DNA from: a virus
Virus record (IMG/VR): IMGVR_UViG_3300012204_000008
Coordinates: 41,458-105,457 of that record
Strand: one strand, 5' to 3'
Length of the DNA: 64,000 nt
The notes under the pieces are model-generated. The model had not been told where the DNA came from. It saw only the letters and a program-made list of their open reading frames with translations, and made no database searches. Positions 1 through 9,551 of this stretch are shown in pieces. Within the stretch, counting starts at the first letter, position 1, and each line of letters starts with the position of its first letter. The position numbers and the translations under genes are program-made.

Positions 1-1395
1 AGAAGATGCCTTGAATTAACTGGTATGAGCCTTGAGGAATTGTATAAACTCCCATTAGACGACCCAGAAGTTTACGCAGGTTTCAAACGCAACGAAGTAA
101 TCGGTATCTTCCAGTTTGATGGTCGGGCAATGCGTTCAGTTAATCGTGAAGTTAAGCCAGATAACTTTTCTGAATTAGCTGACATCAATGCTCTATCTCG
201 TCCCGGTCCCCTCCATTCAGGTGCCGCAGCCGAGTATATAATGGTCAAACATAGAAAGAAAGAGCAAGAAGATCTCGGCGAAGTAGTAGCTCGTATTACT
301 GAAGACAGCAACGGACAAATTGTTTATCAAGAATCTATATTACAAGTAGTTAGGGAATTGGGCGGCTTCAGTTGGGAAGAGGCTGCCAGGATTCGTAAGC
401 TGATTTCTAAGAAGCAAGGTGAACAAGCCTTCCAACAAATGAGAATGAAATTTATTAAGGGCGCAATAGGAAATGATTTAGAGGAAAGAATTGCAGATAA
501 AGTATGGAAGCAACTTGTTACTGCGGGCGCGTATGCGTTCAACAGAGCACATTCGATAAGCTATAGTATCATTGCTTACTGGACAATGTGGATCAAACAA
601 CACTTTCCGCTACAATTCTACTGTGCTTCGTTACAAAAGTACGACCCAAAGACGAAAGGATTTGACCTCTTAAAGGAAGCTAAGAAGAAGGAAATTCCTG
701 TCCTACCACCCCATCCTATCAGGAGTGAAATCACCTGGTCAATTAACAAGGAACTTGGAGGACTTCAAGCTGGTATTACACAAATTCCAGGAATTGGTGA
801 AAAAATCGCAACTGCGATGATAGACTACAGAGAGGCTGGAATTTCTGAGATAAAAGAATGGAAGGATTATTTACCAGTTCGTGGTATTGGGCCAAAAACA
901 ATTGAGTCCTTAGAAGAATTTTCAACAACTGAAGACCCGTTTGGCCTAGACCTCCTTACCAAAACCCTAGAAAAAGTTCGCGCATGGCTATGGGAAAATG
1001 GTGACGCAGAAGGGCTTCCTTTCCCAACTTCTACAGCAGAAGATATTCCATATAGTGATATTGCAGGTCAACATGTTTGGCTCGGAACTGTCCGAGAAAT
1101 TAACCTTAAGGATGTGATAGAATTACATAGATCGCGAACAGGAGAGGAATTAAATCCAGCCACTATCAAACAACCAGAATATCTCAATTATGCAGTATTA
1201 ACCTGCGAGGATCAAACTGGTCCATTAGTAATAACTGTCCATAGATGGAACGGTCTTTATGAGAAATATAAGAAAGAGATATGGAATATCAAAAAAGATA
1301 GAGATTTGATATTGGTAAATGGATATAAGAGAAAGGAATTTCGCAGAGCCATTTATGCAAATAACATATGGATAATAAATACGGGGGAAATATGA
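1..1395 (+). CDS. dnaE: DNA polymerase III alpha subunit (DnaE-like), 3' part; 5' end lies outside the window
   Basis: Motifs GIFQF, ALSRPGPL, IVYQE, YAFNRAHS, GIGEK and C-terminal OB-fold; frame is open back to base 1. Confidence 0.93.
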   Translation, partial: RRCLELTGMSLEELYKLPLDDPEVYAGFKRNEVIGIFQFDGRAMRSVNREVKPDNFSELADINALSRPGPLHSGAAAEYIMVKHRKKEQEDLGEVVARITEDSNGQIVYQESILQVVRELGGFSWEEAARIRKLISKKQGEQAFQQMRMKFIKGAIGNDLEERIADKVWKQLVTAGAYAFNRAHSISYSIIAYWTMWIKQHFPLQFYCASLQKYDPKTKGFDLLKEAKKKEIPVLPPHPIRSEITWSINKELGGLQAGITQIPGIGEKIATAMIDYREAGISEIKEWKDYLPVRGIGPKTIESLEEFSTTEDPFGLDLLTKTLEKVRAWLWENGDAEGLPFPTSTAEDIPYSDIAGQHVWLGTVREINLKDVIELHRSRTGEELNPATIKQPEYLNYAVLTCEDQTGPLVITVHRWNGLYEKYKKEIWNIKKDRDLILVNGYKRKEFRRAIYANNIWIINTGEI

Positions 1396-2054
1396 AAGTT
1401 TGCACTATTTGCAAAGAATTAAAAGAAGATGTGGAATTCTATCACACCCCAAGAAATAAAAATGGATTAACAAGTCGATGCAAAAAATGTCACAGTGAGA
1501 TGGTGAAACAGTGTTCCAAAAATCTTAAGGCCTTTATGGTGAACGGATACGGCGGTAAATGTAATTGCTGCTTTGAAGAGAATATTAAATTTCTAACTAT
1601 AGATCATGTAGACGGTGGAGGAAGGTCTCATAGAAAAGAGTTGGGAAGAAAAAGAGTTTACTCTATAGCAATTCAAAATAATTTTCCTGAGGAATATCAG
1701 ATATTGTGTTACAATTGCAACATTGCAAGATCTTACCATGGGCATGGAATATGTCCGCATAAGAAAATTCCAGAAACTAGATATAAAAACCACAATTTAA
1801 TAAAGATATGGGAAAAAGTTTTAGAGGCGTATGGAGGAAAATGTGAGTGTTGTTCCGAGATAAATGAATTTTTTCTTTCGATTGATCATATTGATCCATC
1901 CGATAAAAATAGAAAATTGAAGGGTGGTATACATCTATATAGGAGACTTATTAGAGAAAATTTTCCTAACGATGTTAGATTGTTATGCTATAACTGTAAT
2001 TGTGCGAGGTCCAAAAATTATGGAATATGCCCTCATAAATACATAGAAGGATAG
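1392..2054 (+). CDS. HNH/Endonuclease VII-like zinc-binding endonuclease with duplicated domain
   Basis: CxxC N-terminus, two copies of YGGKCxCC...IDH...LCYNCN...CPH; ATGA-type overlap with dnaE stop. Confidence 0.7.
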   Translation: MKVCTICKELKEDVEFYHTPRNKNGLTSRCKKCHSEMVKQCSKNLKAFMVNGYGGKCNCCFEENIKFLTIDHVDGGGRSHRKELGRKRVYSIAIQNNFPEEYQILCYNCNIARSYHGHGICPHKKIPETRYKNHNLIKIWEKVLEAYGGKCECCSEINEFFLSIDHIDPSDKNRKLKGGIHLYRRLIRENFPNDVRLLCYNCNCARSKNYGICPHKYIEG

Positions 2055-2062
2055 GAGATTCT

Positions 2063-2632
2063 ATGAAGCTAGAGCTCATTGAAAAAATGGACAATGTATA
2101 CATGAAGTACAATCGCGCTCTAAGAGGAATTGAGATCAAGGAAGAGATAGATGAGATAGCGATCCTTTTTGAGAATAGAGAATTACTTGGACAATTTGTT
2201 GCTAACGCTGGGGAAGATTGGAACCATTTCGGCTCAGCTAGAGATCTAGTATATACACGGCCAATGGATACTTCTTACCGTGTAATGTATGAGTTTTTTA
2301 ATGTTGGAGGCAGACCATATAGGGTAGAAGCAATGGCGCTTATTGATGGGCATTCGCCAGTCCATGCCTCTGCTACAGCCTTATTTCCTTATATGCCAAG
2401 TCCAGAATTGAAAATGGAATCACCACTTATCATTCATGCAAGTTGGAAATCCAAGAGTCGTTCATTGTACGGAGAAACCCTATGGCTTTTAGGGGTCAAT
2501 CATTTTGAATTAGCGCAACAGTGCAAATCAGATTATGGAGAGTTCTGTTATTATAACCATCCACATTTAGGTTTCTCACCACCAATATACTTCAAGCCAA
2601 GACTAAACATGAGGGATGAAATTTATGGATAA
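2063..2632 (+). CDS. Hypothetical protein, possible VOC/glyoxalase (methylmalonyl-CoA epimerase-like) fold
   Basis: IDEIAI...RVEAMALIDGHSP...IIHASW pattern resembles VOC strands; AGGAG RBS. Confidence 0.4.
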   Translation: MKLELIEKMDNVYMKYNRALRGIEIKEEIDEIAILFENRELLGQFVANAGEDWNHFGSARDLVYTRPMDTSYRVMYEFFNVGGRPYRVEAMALIDGHSPVHASATALFPYMPSPELKMESPLIIHASWKSKSRSLYGETLWLLGVNHFELAQQCKSDYGEFCYYNHPHLGFSPPIYFKPRLNMRDEIYG

Positions 2633-3329
2633 AGAAAAAGTTCTAGTTGTAGGTGCAAGACAAAATTCTCTAGGAGAAGCTGTTGCAAAACTCCTAAAAG
2701 AAGGAGACAATTTTTTTGAAGTTGTTACAGCGGGCCTAAATTATGGAGGTCTTCAACCTCATGAGGATTATTCGCTAGATATTACCTCTTCTAATTCTTC
2801 ATTGGCTCTAATTCTGAAAGAAATTCAGCCGAGGATCATCGTTTGTACGACCGGAATCAACGAACCATTTTCAATCTTAAAAGATGGTTTTATCGGTAAC
2901 ATTTGGAATCAAATGGAAATTAATTATTGTGGTGTCATGAATTTACTAAGCTGCTGCCTCAAGATAGACCTAGATCTTTCTCAGTTCGTAGCTGTCAGTA
3001 GTAATAGCGCCCATATTCCACGTAGTGAAAGTCTCGGATACTGTGCAAGTAAGGCTGCATTGAGCATGGGAATAAGAGTTGCAGCCAGAGAGGTGGCAAA
3101 AAATCTTAATTCACCTCCCTCGATCTATTGTTATGAGTTTGGTTTGCTTGAGGGTACGCCCATGACCAAAAAATTAGAAGAGAACTACGGATCTAATCTC
3201 ACGAGAATGGTTGAATTACCAAGAGGGATTCCATTGGAGTTCGCGGCCATACATATTTACAACAATATTAGATATGGTGCAGAAGAACTTAACGGGGTCT
3301 GTCTCAGAATCGACAATGGAGAGATATAA
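2625..3329 (+). CDS. Short-chain dehydrogenase/reductase (SDR)
   Basis: VLVVGA...SLG Rossmann start, VSSNSA catalytic Ser, YCASK (YxxxK). Confidence 0.85.
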   Translation: MDKEKVLVVGARQNSLGEAVAKLLKEGDNFFEVVTAGLNYGGLQPHEDYSLDITSSNSSLALILKEIQPRIIVCTTGINEPFSILKDGFIGNIWNQMEINYCGVMNLLSCCLKIDLDLSQFVAVSSNSAHIPRSESLGYCASKAALSMGIRVAAREVAKNLNSPPSIYCYEFGLLEGTPMTKKLEENYGSNLTRMVELPRGIPLEFAAIHIYNNIRYGAEELNGVCLRIDNGEI

Positions 3330-5339
3330 ATGAAACAAGAAATTAGTAAGTTTGCTGATATCGCAATGTACCAGTCAGAAGAGATGCCAGATAATACAAA
3401 AAGTGCCCCAAAAGTTTACCTTCTCAACATGACAAGGGATCCCCTAGGATCAATTGCCGCAGCTTGCCAAATGTATGAGGGGAAGGTTATCAGAGATCTC
3501 TCACAAGTAACAGACGAACAAAGAAAGCGATATTTTGAACAAGTTCAAAAGACACATCTGCAAGCACCATTTGAATTTGTGGACTTCCATTTCATGATCG
3601 AGGGAGTAACTCGCGCCTTTACACACCAAATCGTCCGTCAACGTACGGCCTGTCTCTCTGGAGATACAGAAATTTATACAGAAAGAAAAGATAGACGTAG
3701 AACTATTGCTCAATTATATGATCAATGGAACAAAGGGGGGAATCTTCGAGGTCCTTTAAGCAGAATAAAAATTAGAACTGTTACAGATGAAGGGATGATT
3801 GTTTATAGGACCATAGGGGCAGTATATCAAAATGGAATAAAGGATGTTTGGGAAGTTAAAACTCATGATGGGAAAACTATAAAAACAACCGAAGATCATT
3901 TGTTATGGAGACCGAATAAAGAGTGGTCTGAGTTGCAAGATCTAAAAGTGGGAGATGAAATAGTAGCCAATGGCGTAGAGTTAGTCAAAGATGAGAAATG
4001 GCTTCACGATAAAATTGAGCAAGGTCTAAATTACGCACAAATCGCAAGGCTATCAAATTGTTCCAAACCCACCATCAAGAAATACTGCATAAGATATAAT
4101 TTGTTTCCAAAGTCAAATGTAGATCTCGCAGCAGATGAGACATGGTTAAAACAAAAAGTTAGCGAAGGATTTTCAACTAAACAAATAGCTGAGTTAGCTG
4201 ATTGCTCAACTTCTCATGTGAAAAAATATCGTAGAGTCTACGATATCCATGGACAAGGTGGTGTTCCAGTAGGTTTCAAACATTCTGAAGAATCCAAGAT
4301 GAATATGAGAGGACCTAAGCCGAAATGGTCAGAGGAAGCTAAACAAAAATTCAGCAAATGGTGTTTAGAAAATAGGGGAGGGAAAAACCCAGAAAATTAT
4401 TCTGGAATGGATCCAGGACATAGAGTAGCCCAGGTCTTGTTCAATCACCTTAAAGAAAAAGGCTGTGCTTGGTGCGGTGAAAACCATGGAAGAATGCAAT
4501 TGGCACATTTAGACGGAAATCCAATGAATAATAAGCCAGGAAATGTACAAGCTATGTGCAATCCATGCCATCATGCGATGGATACAGGATCTCTGCCAAG
4601 AAAAACATATCCGACAAAGATAGTTTCAATCTCTTATATCGGAAAGGAGATGACTTATGATATAGAAATGAATGGTGAATATCATAGATTTGTTGCTAAT
4701 GGCTTAGTTGTTCATAATTGCTATGCCCAAGAGAGTCTAAGGTTTGCCGTTAAGAATAATTTACGTGAAGAGGTTAGGTTGCCACCTTCTCTTGCTAACA
4801 CCACTTACGATGCAGAAGAACTAGACGAAGACAGCTATACCCTGGCCAGCAATGAACAGAGAATGAGAATGGATTGGGAACACGCTATTGACCAGATGGA
4901 GCAGATGTACCACAAGCTCATTGACAAAGGAATGCCAGCAGAGGACGCACGTGGCCTGCTGCCACATTCTGTGACCACACGGCTGCACTACAAGACCAAC
5001 CTACGTGGGCTTCTAGAGCACCTTGGTAATCGTTTATGCACGCAAGCACAATTCGAATGGCGTTCAGTGGCCTCTGGAATCGTGCAAGCTATTAGAGAGT
5101 TTCCTTGCGAGAAAGAGTTTCGTTGGCAGCAAGAAACACTGTCGGAGATTTTTCGACCAGTCTGTTATCAATTAGGGCATTGTGCCTTCATGGCTGACTT
5201 TGATAGATACTGCTCTATTCGAGACCGTGTAGAAGAGCATCACAAGAAGGGAGAACCCTCTACTATTTGGCTCGATATCCACCCGTCAGAATGGTTGAAT
5301 AACCCAACAGGAGCTAGGGAGAAAAGAAATGATCTGTAA
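3330..5339 (+). CDS. thyX: ThyX-like flavin-dependent thymidylate synthase containing an intein
   Basis: HLQAPFEFVDFHF, TRAFTHQIVRQR, spliced motif RQRTACYAQESLR (RxRx7SxR), EDARGLLP, NLR, AQFEW. Confidence 0.85.
   Translation: MKQEISKFADIAMYQSEEMPDNTKSAPKVYLLNMTRDPLGSIAAACQMYEGKVIRDLSQVTDEQRKRYFEQVQKTHLQAPFEFVDFHFMIEGVTRAFTHQIVRQRTACLSGDTEIYTERKDRRRTIAQLYDQWNKGGNLRGPLSRIKIRTVTDEGMIVYRTIGAVYQNGIKDVWEVKTHDGKTIKTTEDHLLWRPNKEWSELQDLKVGDEIVANGVELVKDEKWLHDKIEQGLNYAQIARLSNCSKPTIKKYCIRYNLFPKSNVDLAADETWLKQKVSEGFSTKQIAELADCSTSHVKKYRRVYDIHGQGGVPVGFKHSEESKMNMRGPKPKWSEEAKQKFSKWCLENRGGKNPENYSGMDPGHRVAQVLFNHLKEKGCAWCGENHGRMQLAHLDGNPMNNKPGNVQAMCNPCHHAMDTGSLPRKTYPTKIVSISYIGKEMTYDIEMNGEYHRFVANGLVVHNCYAQESLRFAVKNNLREEVRLPPSLANTTYDAEELDEDSYTLASNEQRMRMDWEHAIDQMEQMYHKLIDKGMPAEDARGLLPHSVTTRLHYKTNLRGLLEHLGNRLCTQAQFEWRSVASGIVQAIREFPCEKEFRWQQETLSEIFRPVCYQLGHCAFMADFDRYCSIRDRVEEHHKKGEPSTIWLDIHPSEWLNNPTGAREKRNDL
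3651..4718 (+). mobile_element. Intein (356 aa) with HNH homing endonuclease, inserted in thyX
   Basis: Begins CLSGDTEI, block B TEDHLL, ends YDIEM...FVANGLVVHN followed by Cys; internal HTH repeats, NUMOD3-like KHSEESK and HNH (CAWC...HLDGNPMNN...CNPCH). Confidence 0.92.
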
Positions 5340-5430
5340 AGTTTGCGGCAAAGAAATACTAATGATGACGTACAAATATACTCCATACTGCTGTGGAGTT
5401 TGTTCTAAGAAAGATGGAAATAGTTCGTAG
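5329..5430 (+). CDS. 33-aa Cys-rich (zinc-finger-like) protein MICKVCGKEILMMTYKYTPYCCGVCSKKDGNSS
   Basis: Read manually; CxxC...CxxxC, fills the gap between thyX and the resolvase. Confidence 0.5.
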   Translation: MICKVCGKEILMMTYKYTPYCCGVCSKKDGNSS

Positions 5431-5441
5431 GAGAAGGAGTT

Positions 5442-6026
5442 ATGTTTAAGTCATGGGAAATTAGAGGGAGCGATCCGTGCTTAGTAATTAACTCATTCGA
5501 TCCAGGTGTAACTACTGGATGGTCTATACATAGGATACCGATAAAGGAGTTAGTGTCTGAAGGTTTCAAAGCAAGCATACATTGCGAGTCCTTCTGTTGG
5601 AATTCAGGGGAGATATACAAATTCCGCAAAGAGAATCAAACGATAGCAGATATGCTAAAGGTGTCTAGATTCGCTTGGTCACTGGCAGAGGAAGAAAATG
5701 GAGACGTTTTCGTTATAATACTAGAAGACTTTATACTAGACACATTAGATTCCTCCCGTGACCTACTTTCCCCCGTTAGAATAAATGCTAAGTTTGACTA
5801 CGCCATGAAAGATTCCGGTATCTGTATCGTTATGCAACTAGCTAGCGAAGCTATGTGGACAGTGACAGATGCCCGTCTTAAATCGTGGGGACTGTATAAG
5901 GCCGGTTTACAACATGCGAGAGACGCCCAACGCCACGCCATCCTATTTGCACGAAAATACGCCTCAAAAGTTGATCTCAGAAATAAGATAGATGCTTATA
6001 ATCACAATGGTCATGGTGCTCATTAA
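5442..6026 (+). CDS. RuvC-like Holliday junction resolvase
   Basis: SFDPGVTTGWS, LEDF, HARDAQRH acidic RNase H-fold motifs. Confidence 0.75.
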   Translation: MFKSWEIRGSDPCLVINSFDPGVTTGWSIHRIPIKELVSEGFKASIHCESFCWNSGEIYKFRKENQTIADMLKVSRFAWSLAEEENGDVFVIILEDFILDTLDSSRDLLSPVRINAKFDYAMKDSGICIVMQLASEAMWTVTDARLKSWGLYKAGLQHARDAQRHAILFARKYASKVDLRNKIDAYNHNGHGAH

Positions 6027-6035
6027 AATTGTCCT

Positions 6036-6731
6036 GTGTTTTGCTACACTGAAAAAGTGGCAGAACGTAATTACTTTATAGATAAGTATGGAAATGATTC
6101 TTGGAAACAAAATGGGCACGGAGAATGGTATTGGGACAACGGTTATTGGGATAGAGACTACAACAATCCCTTCACCCGTTGTAGGGCTTTCAAAAAAAAG
6201 GGTCAAAGTAAAAATAGATGCAAGAAGCTAGCTGGTGCGGGCACTGGTCATGACGGATATGGAGTATGCCGTATTCATGGTGGCTCCGATGAGATAGTAG
6301 AAAGAGTGTGGAAGATGGCATTTGATATCTCTAAGGAGTTAGATATTACTCCTTGGGAGGCACTTCTCCTTGTTGTTAGAAAAACTGCCGGTCGGGCAAA
6401 CTGGATAGATCATAAGCTAGAAGAGGTTTTACGAGAAACAGACGGTAATAATGGTTCTGTAACATTATTCAATTGGATGAAAGAGAGTCGTTATGAAAGA
6501 AAGTTAATGATGAGTGCTGCTGTAGCAGCAATACAATCAGGTGTTGAGGAAAGAATGGTAAGACAAATAGAGATGGAGGGGGAATTAGTTACTGCTGCCG
6601 CTATTGCAGCGATAGATGCTCTTGGTCTTACGCCAGATCAAAGACTGATTGCATTAGCGGCTGGACTCAATAAATTGAAGTCGATTGAGAGTACGAAACA
6701 AGAAAAAACAATCATGGGAGAGCTGGAATAA
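6036..6731 (+). CDS. terS: Terminase small subunit (putative)
   Basis: CxA...RC...AGxGTxHxGxGxCRIHGG motif and helical C-terminus, upstream of terL. Confidence 0.65.
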   Translation: MFCYTEKVAERNYFIDKYGNDSWKQNGHGEWYWDNGYWDRDYNNPFTRCRAFKKKGQSKNRCKKLAGAGTGHDGYGVCRIHGGSDEIVERVWKMAFDISKELDITPWEALLLVVRKTAGRANWIDHKLEEVLRETDGNNGSVTLFNWMKESRYERKLMMSAAVAAIQSGVEERMVRQIEMEGELVTAAAIAAIDALGLTPDQRLIALAAGLNKLKSIESTKQEKTIMGELE

Positions 6732-7208
6732 ATGACTGTCTATGAAGTGGAAAATACTATAAAGACGTTGTTGCCTCCTGTAGAGGAGATTAATCAGACT
6801 GGAACATGGAGGCTCCCTGTCAAAAACGGTAAAGAGACAGTAGAATTTTTCGGTAAGTTTCTTGGTATGGCAACAACCCACCAGGAAGAGCATAATGAAA
6901 GAGCCCATGAGGATGCTAGTTTCAAATGCTCTGCCTGCAGATGGTTTGAGCCAAGGATCTTTCTAGACACTGAGGCTGAGCCTAATATGTATATTGTTCA
7001 TCTTGCCTATATGACTACTGTTCCAGGTGAGATAGAGAAAAGCAAAATTGAGAAAACTCCTTCGGCGAATGAAGTGATGGAGATTCTAACCTCTAGAAAT
7101 AGAACAGGGCAGATTTTCCTATCTCAGCCAGCTAGAAGAGTCCTATCTCAAGCTACTAAGTTTGATCAAGAGATTCTCGATGCCTGGATAAATCGAGCGC
7201 TGGCATAA
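6732..7208 (+). CDS. Hypothetical protein
   Basis: ORF abutting neighbours; CxxCRW motif. Confidence 0.6.
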   Translation: MTVYEVENTIKTLLPPVEEINQTGTWRLPVKNGKETVEFFGKFLGMATTHQEEHNERAHEDASFKCSACRWFEPRIFLDTEAEPNMYIVHLAYMTTVPGEIEKSKIEKTPSANEVMEILTSRNRTGQIFLSQPARRVLSQATKFDQEILDAWINRALA

Positions 7209-7215
7209 AGAAGCA

Positions 7216-7407
7216 ATGCAGAGAACCTTAAGAGAAGACTTGTATTGTTGGAAGCATCATTTATGGTGGGACCAACATACGCTTAGATGGGAGTGTGATG
7301 TAGATATCGCATTTAGATTAGTATTTCAAATGGATGGAGAGAATTTTCTGCCAAGGAGATTTTCTGGGCGGCAAATAGTTGACGTGGAAACAGGGGATTA
7401 TCTATGA
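7216..7407 (+). CDS. Hypothetical protein
   Basis: Short ORF overlapping terL start (ATGA). Confidence 0.5.
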   Translation: MQRTLREDLYCWKHHLWWDQHTLRWECDVDIAFRLVFQMDGENFLPRRFSGRQIVDVETGDYL

Positions 7408-8951
7408 ATTCTCTAGGCGATATGGAAAAAGAAATCGCTGGTAAAGCGTCGGCTAGACTGTTGGAAGAATTAACGAAAGCAAGCGGTCAAAGTACAGCAC
7501 ATGCTGGTTCAATTGAGAAAGAAACTTCCTTCTTGATCTCCCTCATCAAGAAAACTAGCTCAGAAAAAATTGACGAAGAGGAAATCAGTAATGCTATAAT
7601 TCAAGCAGTCCAAAATAGACCAATCAGTATGCTACCTCATCAGATACCACCTAAAGGTGACTGGCTAGGTTGGCTCATGTGCGGTGGGCGCGGCGCGGGC
7701 AAAACCCAGGCTCTTTCGCAATATGTTATTGATCATATCAATGGTCCCGCGTGTCTAACTGGCCCGTCCCCTCACTGGGTAGCAATCATAGCGCCAACAT
7801 TGGGTGACGCAGCAACTTCAATGTTTTACGGGCCCAGCGGTATAAGATCAATGGATCCAACGGCGAAGCTAACCAACGCCGCTGGTGGATTAGTGGTGAA
7901 ATGGCCTAATGAGAGCCAGGCAAAACTCTTTGGCGCTAGAGATCCCGAGGATCAAGAACGTTTACGTTCTGGTGGCAACAGATGTCTTTCGATTCTAGAA
8001 GAGCTAGCTGCGTGGAGATACCTTGAGGATTGTTTCAACCACATGCGTTTCGGACTGCGTGTCGGTCCCAGACCTCGTTGGATCGGTGCAACAACTCCCA
8101 AACCTAGAGACTTAATTAAAAAAATTGTAAAAGGAGAAATGAAAAATGTCGTAGTCACTAAAGCTACGATGTGGGACAATCCTTATCTACCAGAACACAT
8201 TATAGAGTCATTTGAAGAAGAGTACGGCAAGGGACAATTAGGTCGTCAAGAACTTTATGCTGAACTTATTGAGCAAGATGAAAACGCCTTATGGACCCGC
8301 TCCGAGATTGATGCCAATCGTGTAGATGAGGCTCCACAACTACAACGTATAACAGTTGGAGTCGACCCTTCTGGTGGCCGTGGTGAACAAGGAATTATAG
8401 TAGCTGGAAAGAGCATCTCGAGAATTATGGTGAAAGATAGGCCAAAGATAATAGAAGAAGGTTTCGTATTAGATGATAGAACCTGCCGCCTATCACCGAA
8501 TGGTTGGGGACGTCGTGCCGTACAAGCTGCTATAGACTGGGAAGCAGACGATATAGTAGTAGAAACTAACTTCGGTGGGGATATGGCAATGGCTACTATC
8601 TCAGGTGCTGCCGAAGATATGGGAATTTTAATACCAGTGCGAAAAGTAATTGCCTCTAGAGGAAAGCGCCCAAGGGCTGAACCAGTTTCTGCTCTCACCT
8701 CTCGCGGCCATTGGCATCATGTCGGCAGATTTGAAACTCTAGAAGAGCAGATGTGTATTTGGTATCCAGAATTAGATTGGTCACCTGACCGCATGGATGC
8801 GATGGTTTGGGACGCATGGCATCTAAAACTAGTTAGACTCACTGCTCGAGGTAAGGGCCGCTTCCCTGGAAAGGAAATGGGAGAGAAAGTAGATGGGCGA
8901 AGCCGAATGGATAATGTAATTGATCTTAATTCTCGTAGGTCGGTAGGTTAG
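7404..8951 (+). CDS. terL: Terminase large subunit
   Basis: Walker A GGRGAGKT, Walker B ILEELAAW, ATTPK, DNPYL, nuclease VGVDPSG, SPDRMDA. Confidence 0.95.
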   Translation: MNSLGDMEKEIAGKASARLLEELTKASGQSTAHAGSIEKETSFLISLIKKTSSEKIDEEEISNAIIQAVQNRPISMLPHQIPPKGDWLGWLMCGGRGAGKTQALSQYVIDHINGPACLTGPSPHWVAIIAPTLGDAATSMFYGPSGIRSMDPTAKLTNAAGGLVVKWPNESQAKLFGARDPEDQERLRSGGNRCLSILEELAAWRYLEDCFNHMRFGLRVGPRPRWIGATTPKPRDLIKKIVKGEMKNVVVTKATMWDNPYLPEHIIESFEEEYGKGQLGRQELYAELIEQDENALWTRSEIDANRVDEAPQLQRITVGVDPSGGRGEQGIIVAGKSISRIMVKDRPKIIEEGFVLDDRTCRLSPNGWGRRAVQAAIDWEADDIVVETNFGGDMAMATISGAAEDMGILIPVRKVIASRGKRPRAEPVSALTSRGHWHHVGRFETLEEQMCIWYPELDWSPDRMDAMVWDAWHLKLVRLTARGKGRFPGKEMGEKVDGRSRMDNVIDLNSRRSVG

Positions 8952-8955
8952 AGAA

Positions 8956-9282
8956 ATGAGTGACTGGTTTATACTTCTTCTTATGGTCGGATTTGTCTAT
9001 AGGGTTACTAGACTTATTACTGTAGATAAATTTCCACCCATTAAATTCCTACGAGAAAAAATAGCCGGGAAAGAGAACTTACAAGAGTGGGAGAAAGATC
9101 CTAAGCTCTCGTGGAGTCCAGAATGGTTAGGAGATTTGGTTTCCTGCTATTGGTGCGCAAGCGGCTGGGTTTCAATAGGAACAGTTCTGATCACTGATCA
9201 CTATGGAAATGTTCCAATGCCAGGATTATCACTGTTTGCGATCTGGGCGGCTGGGGCACTGATGGTAGACAAATTAGGGTAA
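8956..9282 (+). CDS. DUF1360-like membrane protein
   Basis: RVTRLITVD...LVSCYWCASGWVS with hydrophobic helices; typical position between terL and portal. Confidence 0.7.
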   Translation: MSDWFILLLMVGFVYRVTRLITVDKFPPIKFLREKIAGKENLQEWEKDPKLSWSPEWLGDLVSCYWCASGWVSIGTVLITDHYGNVPMPGLSLFAIWAAGALMVDKLG

Positions 9283-9289
9283 TAGGAGG

Positions 9290-9514
9290 ATGAAAATGAT
9301 AGACGAACTAACAGCGGAGGACGTCAATAAAATCTTTGCCATGATGGCAGATCTCGAAGAGAAAATAACCTTAGTGCAAGTTGATGAAATGCTAGCTTTC
9401 TTTAGCCGAATGCCAAAATTACAAGAGGCTCAACAGGTAGTTGATTGTCTTTTGGATTATAGAAAACTTTTAATTGAAGCATCTCGTTTGTGCGAAGATA
9501 TTAATGACACCTAA
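9290..9514 (+). CDS. Hypothetical protein
   Basis: AGGAGG RBS, 74 aa. Confidence 0.55.
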   Translation: MKMIDELTAEDVNKIFAMMADLEEKITLVQVDEMLAFFSRMPKLQEAQQVVDCLLDYRKLLIEASRLCEDINDT

Positions 9515-9551
9515 CATGGCGTTTGACAACTTCGTCCCTTAGTATTACGGC

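Noticed and set aside
9523-9551. TTGACA upstream of the portal gene as a sigma-70 promoter
   Set aside because: No TANNNT at 16-18 bp spacing
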